Shown here: positions 1 to 9,554 of the stretch, in pieces | How the letters are laid out: each line of letters opens with the position of its first letter | Position numbering within the stretch: position 1 is the stretch's first letter | From: Ginkgo biloba | Lineage: Eukaryota; Plantae; Ginkgophyta | Direction of reading: 5' to 3' | Length of the DNA stretch: 20,863 bases | NCBI GenBank assembly: GCA_024626585.2 | Contig: JANKJI020000004.1 | Span: 178,781,343 to 178,802,205, forward strand | Notes under the pieces: model-generated | Database searches by the model: none | What the model was told of the DNA's origin: nothing | Seen by the model: the letters and a program-made list of their open reading frames with translations, nothing else | Translations under genes and position numbers: made by a program

Positions 1-2799
1 TACTTATTTTTCTTCATGGACCTTATATTGTATTTTTTTTTTTCTTTTTTCTATTTAATTTTCCTTTTCTCTTAAAAATATATCACATTCACTATGTGGT
101 GCATATGAAGGATTCAAATAATACGTATCGTCTATTATTTGTTATCCAAACCATTCCAATTTAATGTTCATATGTCTACCATCCATTTTCAAAACTCTAT
201 CTAGCATGAATGTATTTCCAAACTCATTAATTACTTGATCAACTCATTTTTCATATTGGGGTGTTGCCTCCTTTAATATTTTAAGATGCTCAAGTAGAAC
301 ATATTATCACCATGATCAAATAATTGTTTATATAATTAAAAACCTTTATCTCTATCTTTCAATACTCTCCCCTTTACATTTATGGAAAAATAAATAAGGA
401 TCTTACCTTTTTATTTTTTCTATAATAAGGATCCATGTATGAGATACATTACATTATCAATAGTTCCTTCTTTATTTTGTGATGTTTTTTACGCTACTAC
501 ATTTATATGGATGGATTATGTTATTTAGAAGGTGAAAAATGTTATGTTGGGGGTGCAATTATTGTATATACTTTGTTCTACTTCCTAACATTATGGATAT
601 GGATATTCCTTACACATTCTGAGCTCTAGGAATTTTGTTAAGTTACTCTTATATCTTCTTCAGAAGTTTCTTGTATTTATATTATTGTTTTCATATAATA
701 AGCTCTTCCTCTATCCATTATTGCACCTCACTAAGTATTTGTTATATGAGGTATTTCATCTTAGAAAATATCTAGAATAAAGAACAATTATAATAATTGT
801 GTCTTTAGTCATTTCCTTCCCTTTTCCTTTATCTAATGAGGAGGTAATATAGAGTCTTTTAATTTCTTTTAGTATTTCATTCAAACCAACTAACACTTAT
901 CTCACATAAGTTATTGATCATACTACCTCTCTTTGCCTCTCAACTACCTATATTATATACTCCCCGCTCTAGGCCTCATGAATTATTTCTCAATCCCTTT
1001 AGAGTTTCTTCGATTTTTTATCATCTTTTCTACCCTATAAAAAAGNNNNNNNNNNNNNNNNNNNNNNNNNNNNNNNNNNNNNNNNNNNNNNNNNNNNNNN
1101 NNNNNNNNNNNNNNNNNNNNNNNNNNNNNNNNNNNNNNNNNNNNNACCTTATAAATAATATGTATTTAATTATCAAATTGATCATAAAATCAAAATTAAC
1201 TTCAATAATTATTATAAGAGAATATTAAAATCCTTCTTCTAATCAGCATGTTGCTATATGCATAATAGGAATGGTAGTTACTACAGGAATCGAGATGTCT
1301 AAATATAATTTCTCTTATAAATAACCATGATAACACTACGCTAATAATACAATAATAAGAGATCATTATATTAGATTNNNNNNNNNNNNNNNNNNNNATT
1401 GATCTGTTAAATGATGAACTAAGATATGGGAATGATTAGCATACTTATTATTTAGCATGATTAAGTAACTATAATTATTAGCACTAGCCATTGCAAGATA
1501 AAATGGTCATAATTATTCAGTCATTACATCTCAAATACTAAATACGATTCTCAAAACTATACATTAACTATAGAGAGTAATTAATCAAGCACTCTAATCA
1601 TGTATTATTTTTAATCCTAAGTATAATATTAGGATGGTGGGCTTCTCCTTTAGGTGATGGATAAAATAAAATAAAGAACTTATCCTTTGAAGATAATAAA
1701 CTCCATTGCACCTTTCATATAAGATAAGGTGGAATCCTTAAATGCATAGATTTCTTAATAATTGAGGGCCTTTATTTATGTTTGACCTTTAGGGATATTA
1801 TGCATTTAGTAACTAGATGTAAGGTTTGCATAAGAGATTGGATGCTTAATAAACTAGATTCCTTCTATATTAGCTATATATACAATCAACCATATATTAT
1901 TATAAATCAATCTATACATGTAACTGACTATTTTTTAATGCGTGGATTGATTAATAATTAGATTACCTTAAGTATAATTGCAAAGGCTTAATATAAATCT
2001 GTATATGTAATAACTATGATGGAGGGCTAATGATTACAAGGCCTTATGTTAATCCTAGAAGGTTGGTTAGGAGAGCCTATGTAAGGAAAAATCTCATAAA
2101 TCCATAAGTATCACAAATGGATATTATATATAGATACAATTAAATGAATGGATATTCTATAATTCTACAAGTCTATAAGACTAGCCTAGATGATCTAAGT
2201 GGGTGATGGATTATTATAAAAGATAAGTAGTTTGGGTGGGTCCTATAAAAAGATCAGTAAGTAGCTCAAGTGGATCCTCTAAGAAGATACTAGTAGTATG
2301 GGAAAATCCCATATAATGATACTGATCCATTTCGGATCCCAAAAGTCCTAATTTCTGACTATTTTTACTGAAGTCCCAAATTGTNNNNNNNNNNNNNNNN
2401 NNNNNNNNNNNNNNNNNNNNNNNNNNNNNNNNNNNNNNNNNNNNNNNNNNNNNNNNNNNNNNNNNNNNNNNNNNNNNNNNNNNNAGAATAAAGTGGTGTG
2501 GGAGTAGCCGTGTCCTAGTAGGTATTTGATTCTATAGTGGTATGATCTTGTTGGGTCATAACACTTCGTTATTTCCAAAAAAACTAGTCTAAGGACAATC
2601 TCCATTCAATATAACCATTTTACTTTAGACAAATAATCAAGGCACTTTGAGTTGGCTAATTGTAAATCCAAAATTTGGGTGACCTTAAGTATGTGAGGGG
2701 TAAAACCCAACACCTAATTGCAACTATCCTTTGGTGGGAATTAAAATCTAAATCCCTAGCCAACTTTACACCAAATATTCTTTCTTCTCCTAACAAAAG

Positions 2800-3100
2800 T
2801 AGGGTAGTCAGGATGACTCACCCCCACAATGATAGAAATTTGGGTATCTAGGATGACTCACTCTGCTTACAACAAATTTTGATTACATGACTCACTAATT
2901 TAAGGCGGTTATCAACCTAGATGATGCTTGACATTTATGTGGAGATTCCATGGAGGTTGCTAAGTTATGATTAATTAGAAAACTGAGGTTCCCATGAAAT
3001 TTACACTTCAACGCTATAGGAAAAAAAAAATCTATATGCAAAAGTTGAAACTTTGACTGTTTAAAATAGTGTTTTCTAGCTAATGCTAAAGTGGGGGGCT
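2800..3100 (+). mobile_element. Probable 3' internal region and polypurine tract of a Tat/Ogre-like gypsy element
   Basis: Degenerate 34-40 bp repeats with an ATGACTCAC core; GCTAAAGTGGGGGGC at 3085-3099 resembles the PPT I recall from Tat/Ogre elements; CpG depletion ends here. No protein motif seen. Confidence 0.35.
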
Positions 3101-3104
3101 GAAC

Positions 3105-3793
3105 TTAGCGTTGGTGAATTAGAAAGAATAACACGTAATCGACTTTCTTCATCATTTTTCTTTTTCCTCCATTATTTCATTTTCTGCTACAGACAATTTT
3201 TGGTACTGTATTGACAATCGACTATACTGTATTGATATTGTCTTTTTAGTTTCTCTCGGTCTCCAACAGCATTCAATCCCAATTACAATTATTAGTAGGA
3301 TACATGCATCTTTGTTGCTGCCGTGTTTCAGAGGCAATCCAAAGTACAATTATTAGTGGGATACATGCATGTTTGTTGCTGCCGTATTTCAGAGGCAATC
3401 CATTCAATTTTGTGTGGGCACACATAACCTCAGCCCTCAAGTTGAGGGAAAAGTGTATTTACTACGGGACTAGGACCAGGACCACAATTTGCTTCTGTCA
3501 ATTGACGACCAGTTGGTAGCTACGAGATCGTCCATTCGGCAACTGAGTGTGCAATGGTTAAAACAATGAAGCAACAGGCAGACGCAGATGACACATTGTA
3601 ACGCTGGATGTGCGAGAAGAGCATCTGGAGATTATCTTTTTGAGGACGAATCTAATTCACAGAGTAAACATTAACTCTGAAATGTAACAGCAGTCGGGAA
3701 AAATATTGAATCTCAGTCTTCTACGCACTGGTCGCACTTCTTACATTTCTTCCATCTTATAAGCTCAGGTCGGCAAGGGCGAAGCATACTAAA
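3105..3793 (+). promoter_or_regulatory. Putative proximal promoter/5' UTR of the SWEET gene
   Basis: Contiguous upstream of the ATG. CpG is retained (about 30 CpG in 3105-4127 versus about 5 in 1-1045, hand count). Contains ACACGT (3131-3136), CATGCA (3303-3308) and CATGCATG (3364-3371). TSS unknown. Confidence 0.6.
3274..3402. repeat. 61-bp tandem duplication (2 copies plus a few bases)
   Basis: TACAATTATTAGT(A/G)GGATACATGCAT(C/G)TTTGTTGCTGCCGT(G/A)TTTCAGAGGCAATCCA at 3284 and 3345; CAATCC recurs at 3274, 3335 and 3396. Confidence 0.95.
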
Positions 3794-3827
3794 ATGAACA
3801 CTTTACACTTTATATTCGGCATTTTCG
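3794..3827 (+). CDS. SWEET1: SWEET1-like coding exon 1 (MNTLHFIFGIF-G)
   Basis: AAAATG start context; 34 nt; ends at donor G|GTATGT. Confidence 0.9.
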
Positions 3828-4127
3828 GTATGTATACTTCCTCCTGTAAATCTTTCACAAGTTTGTAGGTTCTGATAACGAGGAAGATTTTCTGCAGATC
3901 TTACAGATTTACTTGCCTTTTCCTAATTCGTGTGCGCAGGAAACGTGACAGCATTGTTTCTCTTCTTAGCGCCTGTGTGAGTTCTTTTTTTTGTCTTTTT
4001 TTGGTAAATTGTATTTTGCAGTAACCTGATCATGCTAGCCCATGATCTTCGTTTGGTTATGTTTAATCGCAGAATAACTTTCTGGAAGATTATCAAGAAG
4101 AAATCCACAGAACAGTTCTCTGGAATT
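3794..4127 (+). CDS. SWEET1: SWEET1-like (clade I SWEET, MtN3/saliva family) sugar transporter, 5' part only: join(3794..3827,3940..3976,4073..>4127)
   Basis: Spliced translation MNTLHFIFGIFGNVTALFLFLAPVITFWKIIKKKSTEQFSGI closely resembles the Arabidopsis SWEET1 N-terminus as I recall it (MNIAHTIFGVFGNATALFLFLAPSITFKRIIKNKSTEQFSGIPY). Two canonical GT-AG introns (3828-3939, 112 nt; 3977-4072, 96 nt) and the 37-nt second exon typical of SWEET genes. Truncated by the N gap at 4128. Confidence 0.95.
3940..3976 (+). CDS. SWEET1: SWEET1-like exon 2 (G-NVTALFLFLAP-V)
   Basis: Acceptor GCGCAG| preceded by a pyrimidine tract and CTAAT branch-like site; 37 nt; donor |GTGAGT. Confidence 0.93.
4073..4127 (+). 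CDS. SWEET1: SWEET1-like exon 3, truncated by gap (ITFWKIIKKKSTEQFSGI...)
   Basis: Acceptor ATCGCAG|; phase matches exon 2; conserved TFxxIxKxKSTExFSG motif of MtN3 repeat 1. Confidence 0.93.
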
Positions 4128-4227
4128 NNNNNNNNNNNNNNNNNNNNNNNNNNNNNNNNNNNNNNNNNNNNNNNNNNNNNNNNNNNNNNNNNNNNNNNNN
4201 NNNNNNNNNNNNNNNNNNNNNNNNNNN

Positions 4228-4305
4228 CGTCAGTGAGCCTCCGTTAATGAACCTCCATCGGTGAACCTCCATCGTTGAGCCTCCGTCGGTGAACCTTCAT
4301 CGGTG
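4228..4305. repeat. 14-bp minisatellite, consensus GTGAACCTCCATCG, at least 5 copies, running into the gap
   Basis: Units at 4233, 4247, 4261, 4275 and 4289. Confidence 0.92.
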
Positions 4306-4559
4306 TCGGAAAAGCCTTGATCAACCATGTCAGATACCCATCCAACACTTAGTTATAATTAAACTCTTATCCAATCCAAGATATAAGATCACTCAACATA
4401 ATAATTATTCTAAACATAATGGTAAAATATTAATAACTATCCATTTTGAGGGTGGAACCTCCAATATAATCCACTTTGAGGGTAAAAACCTCCCAATACA
4501 CAATAACTCAATATTCAAGGTACCCCTAAAGGGATTACATGGTATCATATATAATAGAG

Positions 4560-4722
4560 AACACAAGAAGAGAAAGGATGCATATGAGATAAGTGGCTTA
4601 CATGTTTTTACATGAAAGAAGACATAAGAGAAGAAGATAAGTGTTAGAAGAGAGATATAGGAAGAATAGAAGAGAGATCTATGAAGAATATAGAGATAAT
4701 ACTAAGGGTAAGGTTCATTATA
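4560..4722 (-). mobile_element. Start of the 3' LTR of a chromoviral gypsy element (left extent uncertain)
   Basis: Minus strand reads CAAGGGAAGGGACC (PPT, 4723-4736) then TATAATGAACC, a decayed TGTAAT terminus; similar to the LTR ends at 12966 (+) and 19463 (-). Confidence 0.65.
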
Positions 4723-5055
4723 GGTCCCTTCCCTTGAAGAAATATCTGACCTCAAATCTTTATTGGATGAATGACTTAACTACACTGATGGCATTTTTAG
4801 TGGTAGATTCTTCCACTTGATGAGCAGTTATATAATCTACATATTGTAGGGTTGTTGGTGACATTCTTTAAAAATTGCTTGAATTTGGGAGCCTTCTGTA
4901 TTCAACATATTACATGGTCATTAGGGACCTTCCTCAAGAACTTCTTGATCCTTAGAGCATTTTGGATGGACACTTTTAATACCTGGTGGAGGTTTCTCAT
5001 ATAGAGTCTCAATGGAAGTCATATAGATATCAGTGAGGTGGGATGTGTTAGAATA
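4723..5055 (-). pseudogene. Degenerate Ty3/gypsy (chromovirus) integrase C-terminus plus chromodomain
   Basis: YSNTSHLTDIYMTSIETLYEKPPPG...SKDQEV (cf. YNTSYHxxxxMTPFEALYGRPPP...SKVQAV) and II*LLIKWKNLP (chromodomain xLIKWKNLP), followed by PPT and LTR. Confidence 0.75.
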
Positions 5056-5636
5056 GGATGGTTTGTATTACCCTTTAGTCAACCATAGTTTATTATGCAT
5101 GTTAGTCAATCGCATCCTCTTGTGCCATGTTTACCAAATTTTGTGCACCTGGGGAACATAAAATATTTGACCAAAATACCCAAGGTAAAGGGTACACAAA
5201 AAATGGGATAGGCATGGAAGGAAAGATGCCTCTGCTATTATAAGGGGTGACTCTCTCAAATATTTATAATACTATAAAAAGGGAAAATAAATAAAACTTA
5301 TTTATAAAAATATTTACTCTGTACACAATAATTGATATTGATTAAAAGGAAATAAATATTTATAAAGAGAGTTATAGAAAGGGTAAAAAATTATAAAATA
5401 ATCATTATCTAGTATTGGTAATAATGCAAGGTTTTAAGGGTTAGATGAAGAAATAAAAAATTAAACATCAAGAGAAATTNNNNNNNNNNNNNNNNNNNNN
5501 NNNNNNNNNNNNNNNNNNNNNNNNNNNNNNNNNNNNNNNNNNNNNNNNNNNNNNNNNNNNNNNNNNNNNNNNNNNNNNNCATATTAGCCTCCCATACTCC
5601 TTTTGTAACTAAATTCTACAAAATCCATGGAAAGCT

Positions 5637-7190
5637 TAGCATTGCTAATTTACAACTGTAAATTAGCGACGATGCTACCACGTGCACTATTACATGATGT
5701 CTCTTTGCAAGGGTGTGTAAATCACCGACATCAATTATTTTCATTCAAAAAATAAATAAAAATTAAACAATTAAACAATTGAGGATGTTTCCAACAAACT
5801 TAGGTTTTTCCTCAACTATCTAAATGTCCAAAAATATGACCATTAGATCTAAGGAAGTGTCAATCATCTGCAAGTTTGGATTTCCCTTTGGAACTGACCT
5901 GTCACTCTATAAATTGGACCTTAATTGAGGTCATAGGAGAGGAAGAGCTAAGTGGAGTTATGCTACCCAACTGTAGCCCAAATTGTCTTCTATAATTTAG
6001 TCTCAATTCCTATTTTGAGTCTCTTTTACAATATCCATACTCCTTCTTTGCCTTTGGCCCTTATTTTAGCATTTTAGAAACCCTAGTGTGAGGATCCCTT
6101 ATTTTTAGTAGTTTGATATCCTGTTTCCTCTAGAACTCCTTTATTATCTTCTTATTTGCCTTCCCCTTTCTTTGTTTTCATGGTAATTTTAGCAAAGGCT
6201 TCAAGTTTAAAGATCTCTCGAAGGCTATCAAAGCATTGGAGACCATGCAACCAGGATCTAGGTGGTGTCACTTTTGTAGCAACTCTTTTTCTAGGTTAGA
6301 GTGCTTATTTCTATGTTCTTCTTATCTAATTTCTTCAAAAGTAAATAAGAATAAGAAGGAATCTAATGTCTAATTTTATTTAGTTTTAGAAAATCAAAAT
6401 AAAAGATCAGGAAGGAATTAGCTTCCTTTACATTATGTTTATCTTTTAGTTAGGCTATTATTCTTAATGTTATTTTCTTGATGATTCCTATCATTTGAGA
6501 GGTGATATTCTTCGCTCCCATAAAGATTCAGATCTGATTTTCCCTATAGATCATATCATGAATCTTTTTCAAGATTCAAGAGTTATAGTTCTAAGTCCTA
6601 TCAAAAATATATGTGTGGGATGAAACTCCCCCTGACCCCAGTTGGATGCCCCTTGATCAATAGGACAACACCGAGTGTCTTTAAGTAGTGTTAAAGATAT
6701 TCCCTATATGTGGTTTGATTTCTTTACATAGTGGGTGGTCTGCATATTTCTTTTTCATTCAAGCATTTTTATCCTTTTATTTTAAAATATTAGGTAATTC
6801 ACTCACATCCACACATGTTCTAAGTTGTTTGACCTCACCTAGATTTTTATCAAGAATCCAATTCTTTCACACCTTCTAAGAGACCCCTTTTTCCTCTTGA
6901 GGGTTTCTATGGGGTTTCACCTTCAAAATCCTTTTCTAAGAATAGGTTTTAGCCTATCCTCTTAAAAATAATTAAAGAAATAATATATACTACACTCCTA
7001 CATTGCACTGTATGATGGGAAAGGAAAAAAGGGGTTTTACTTGTTTATTTATTTATCAATAATAGACTTCACTTATTCACCTACACACATAAATAACTCT
7101 TCACACATACGTTCACGTGTTCGAGGTACTCTAGGGAGTATCCCTGCACCTCCTAGTTATTTGGGCTAATCATTTCGACTGAGTTGGGAG
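5637..7190 (+). mobile_element. Possible long LTR-like sequence
   Basis: Non-coding and CpG-depleted; begins with an inverted repeat and ends near a weak PBS-like TTTCGACTGAGTTGGGA (about 7173-7189). Boundaries and class are inferred only. Confidence 0.25.
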
Positions 7191-7281
7191 GAGAATATAT
7201 ATTCTCTGATTTATACCATCCATGAATTATATTAGATAAAAAATTGAAGTCTATCACCAAAGTAGGCTATAAACTTGACTT

Positions 7282-7375
7282 CATGATGGTGGATTAACAT
7301 GTGTTCATCATCACCATGATGGTGGACTAATATGGTGCCACCATTACTATGATAGTGGATCCATGTCGATCAACC
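7282..7375. repeat. Degenerate 33-bp tandem repeat (about 3 copies) with internal palindrome
   Basis: (C/T)ATGAT(G/A)GTGGA at 7282, 7315 and 7348; CACCAT-G-ATGGTG palindrome at 7312-7324. Confidence 0.75.
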
Positions 7376-9554
7376 ATAATAGAGATTATGATTCTACATA
7401 GATCTACCATCATAGAGGTAACTAATGTTGACATAAACATGGGTCTATTATCTATACACATATTTTCAAAAGTTTTTAACCAAGGCTAACTTAATATTTA
7501 ACTATGAAAAAAAAAAAAAAATGATACATAANNNNNNNNNNNNNNNNNNNNNNNNNNNNNNNNNNNNNNNNNNNNNNNNNNNNNNNNNNNNNNNNNNNNN
7601 NNNNNNNNNNNNNNNNNNNNNNNNNNNNNNNATCAATACTCTATAGGGTTGAAAGTGGTGGGGGGAAACAACTAACATGTGCACAAACACAAAAACTAAA
7701 TAGTATGAACAAGTGGCAAATAATGGACATGACAATAGTCTATTTTTTATTTTTTATTTTCTCTTCATCATTGTTATAGACTCATAGAGCCAACTTTTAA
7801 CCAGATATGGACCAATAAAAAAGGGTGGACATACATATGGCCACATCATTTTCATCACTATATACATGTGGGAAAAAAAATTATACAGAACTATGGTAAC
7901 TAATTAGCAGAAAAAAATAATAATTGGTTTTTTCCCAATATTATAATACTTGAAATATTATAGTATTATTTTGTTAACTTCCAGTCTTAGTCTATCAATA
8001 TTTCATATTATTTTTAAATATTATTGTATGTATTATATTTACTAATATATCAATATTAATCTGTAATATTTCAATCCAACAATAAATAAGTCGTTAATCA
8101 ACTATAGTTGAGTACAAAACCAATAATGCTTAGGTATTAAGCCAACCATAATTGAGTAAAAATTCTAGTGGATCAGCACCCAGATGTTATAGGATGGTTT
8201 TTATATATAATAATAAAGGGACATATATATGTGTGTTTGTGTTTCATGTTGTAGATTTTAAAACACCGAAACAAGTGCCTCAAGGATCAAAGACCTGAAT
8301 AAACTTTTACCAAACAATGGCCTATGCTTTAAGGTGCTTCATCGATTTTGCAATTGAAGACCTACCTTTGCTCACCCTAGCTTTCCTCAAATTTAACTAT
8401 TTTTAAAAGTCACCAAATTTGCTAGGAAATATTAGTAAAGAAAACTACAAGGAACTAAATTCTGAACTCAAAATAGAGATGATGAATGGAAGAGACCACC
8501 CTCCCTCCAGTCTTTGCTTTAGAAGGGCCAAATTCAGATGTTACATTTTGAATTTCCTAAACTAACTACAAATAAAAGGAAGTTATGGAAGTTGAGTTTG
8601 CAATCCCTACTAAAGCAAGTACCACCATAAATAATGCTACAAACTGCATTCTAAAAAAGAATGCTAGCTCATTTGCCACAAGATGCACTAATTGTGTACA
8701 TGGCGCCTTTGGATGAGTTTGGACACTCTCAAGTTGAACCTACACTCTAATATTACAATTTTTCCATGGTGACAACATCTACCAAGATGTAATTCAGATA
8801 AGATAAGGATTGTTCATGAAAGAACAACTGCTTTATTTTATGATGAAGCATAAGAACTTCCTCGGGTTGAATGCCTCAAAAACTGCTTTTCATCTTACTA
8901 TATGTAGAAAATCTTACTAAGCATGATATAAATAAATCTATAGTAGAATTCCCTATGCTTAGATTTTGTGACTGCCACAAAACTACTGGTTTGCCCAACC
9001 CTTGGCCAAGATTGTACAAGACCCAAGACCTTCAACTGTACAAAGACACTCTATGGAGAGGAACCTTTTCAAGGGATGTCTTGGTCTAAGAAGCCTTGTG
9101 TAAGTAGGCTTTGTCAAGAAGGCAAAGGCATAGAGCAACATTGTCGCATGCACTTTATTGTACACAAGAGAATGATGAGGGCATAAGCTCCACCAATCAC
9201 AGCTTAGAACCTTTTTGGACGTGCAACCAATTAAAATAGGTTAGGGAACAAGCATGCTTTTTCTATTGACAAATGAAAGTAGGTGAGAGGTACACATACA
9301 TTTCACCTATCCACAAATTACAATAAGTGGGATTCTCTCCGTAGGCACACATCTCAAATGCAAGCCGGTGAGAGGTACACTTATATCTCTTACATCTGAC
9401 CAACCATGGAAACTCTCTCTCTCATGTGAGAGAGAGCTTGTTGCTCAAACGCANNNNNNNNNNNNNNNNNNNNNNNNNNNNNNNNNNNNNNNNNNNNNNN
9501 NNNNNNNNNNNNNNNNNNNNNNNNNNNNNNNNNNNNNNNNNNNNNNNNNNNNNT

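Noticed and set aside
1146-2384. AT-rich segment as an LTR
   Set aside because: Repeat-like composition but no terminus, PBS, PPT or protein motif identified
3152-3519. ORFs 3152..3349 (-) and 3304..3519 (+)
   Set aside because: Short, no family motif, and they overlap the promoter duplication
3758-3762. TATAA as the SWEET TATA box
   Set aside because: Only about 32 bp before the ATG, leaving almost no 5' UTR; unsupported without TSS data
4228-4305. Repeat array as CRISPR-like
   Set aside because: Head-to-tail 14-bp units with no spacers, no cas genes, eukaryotic context
7282-7401. His-rich peptide HDGGLTCVHHHHDGG...
   Set aside because: By-product of translating the 33-bp repeat; no start or splice support
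8480-8545. Minus-strand NLALL as a LINE RT C-terminal motif
   Set aside because: Needs a frameshift and flanking LINE motifs are absent
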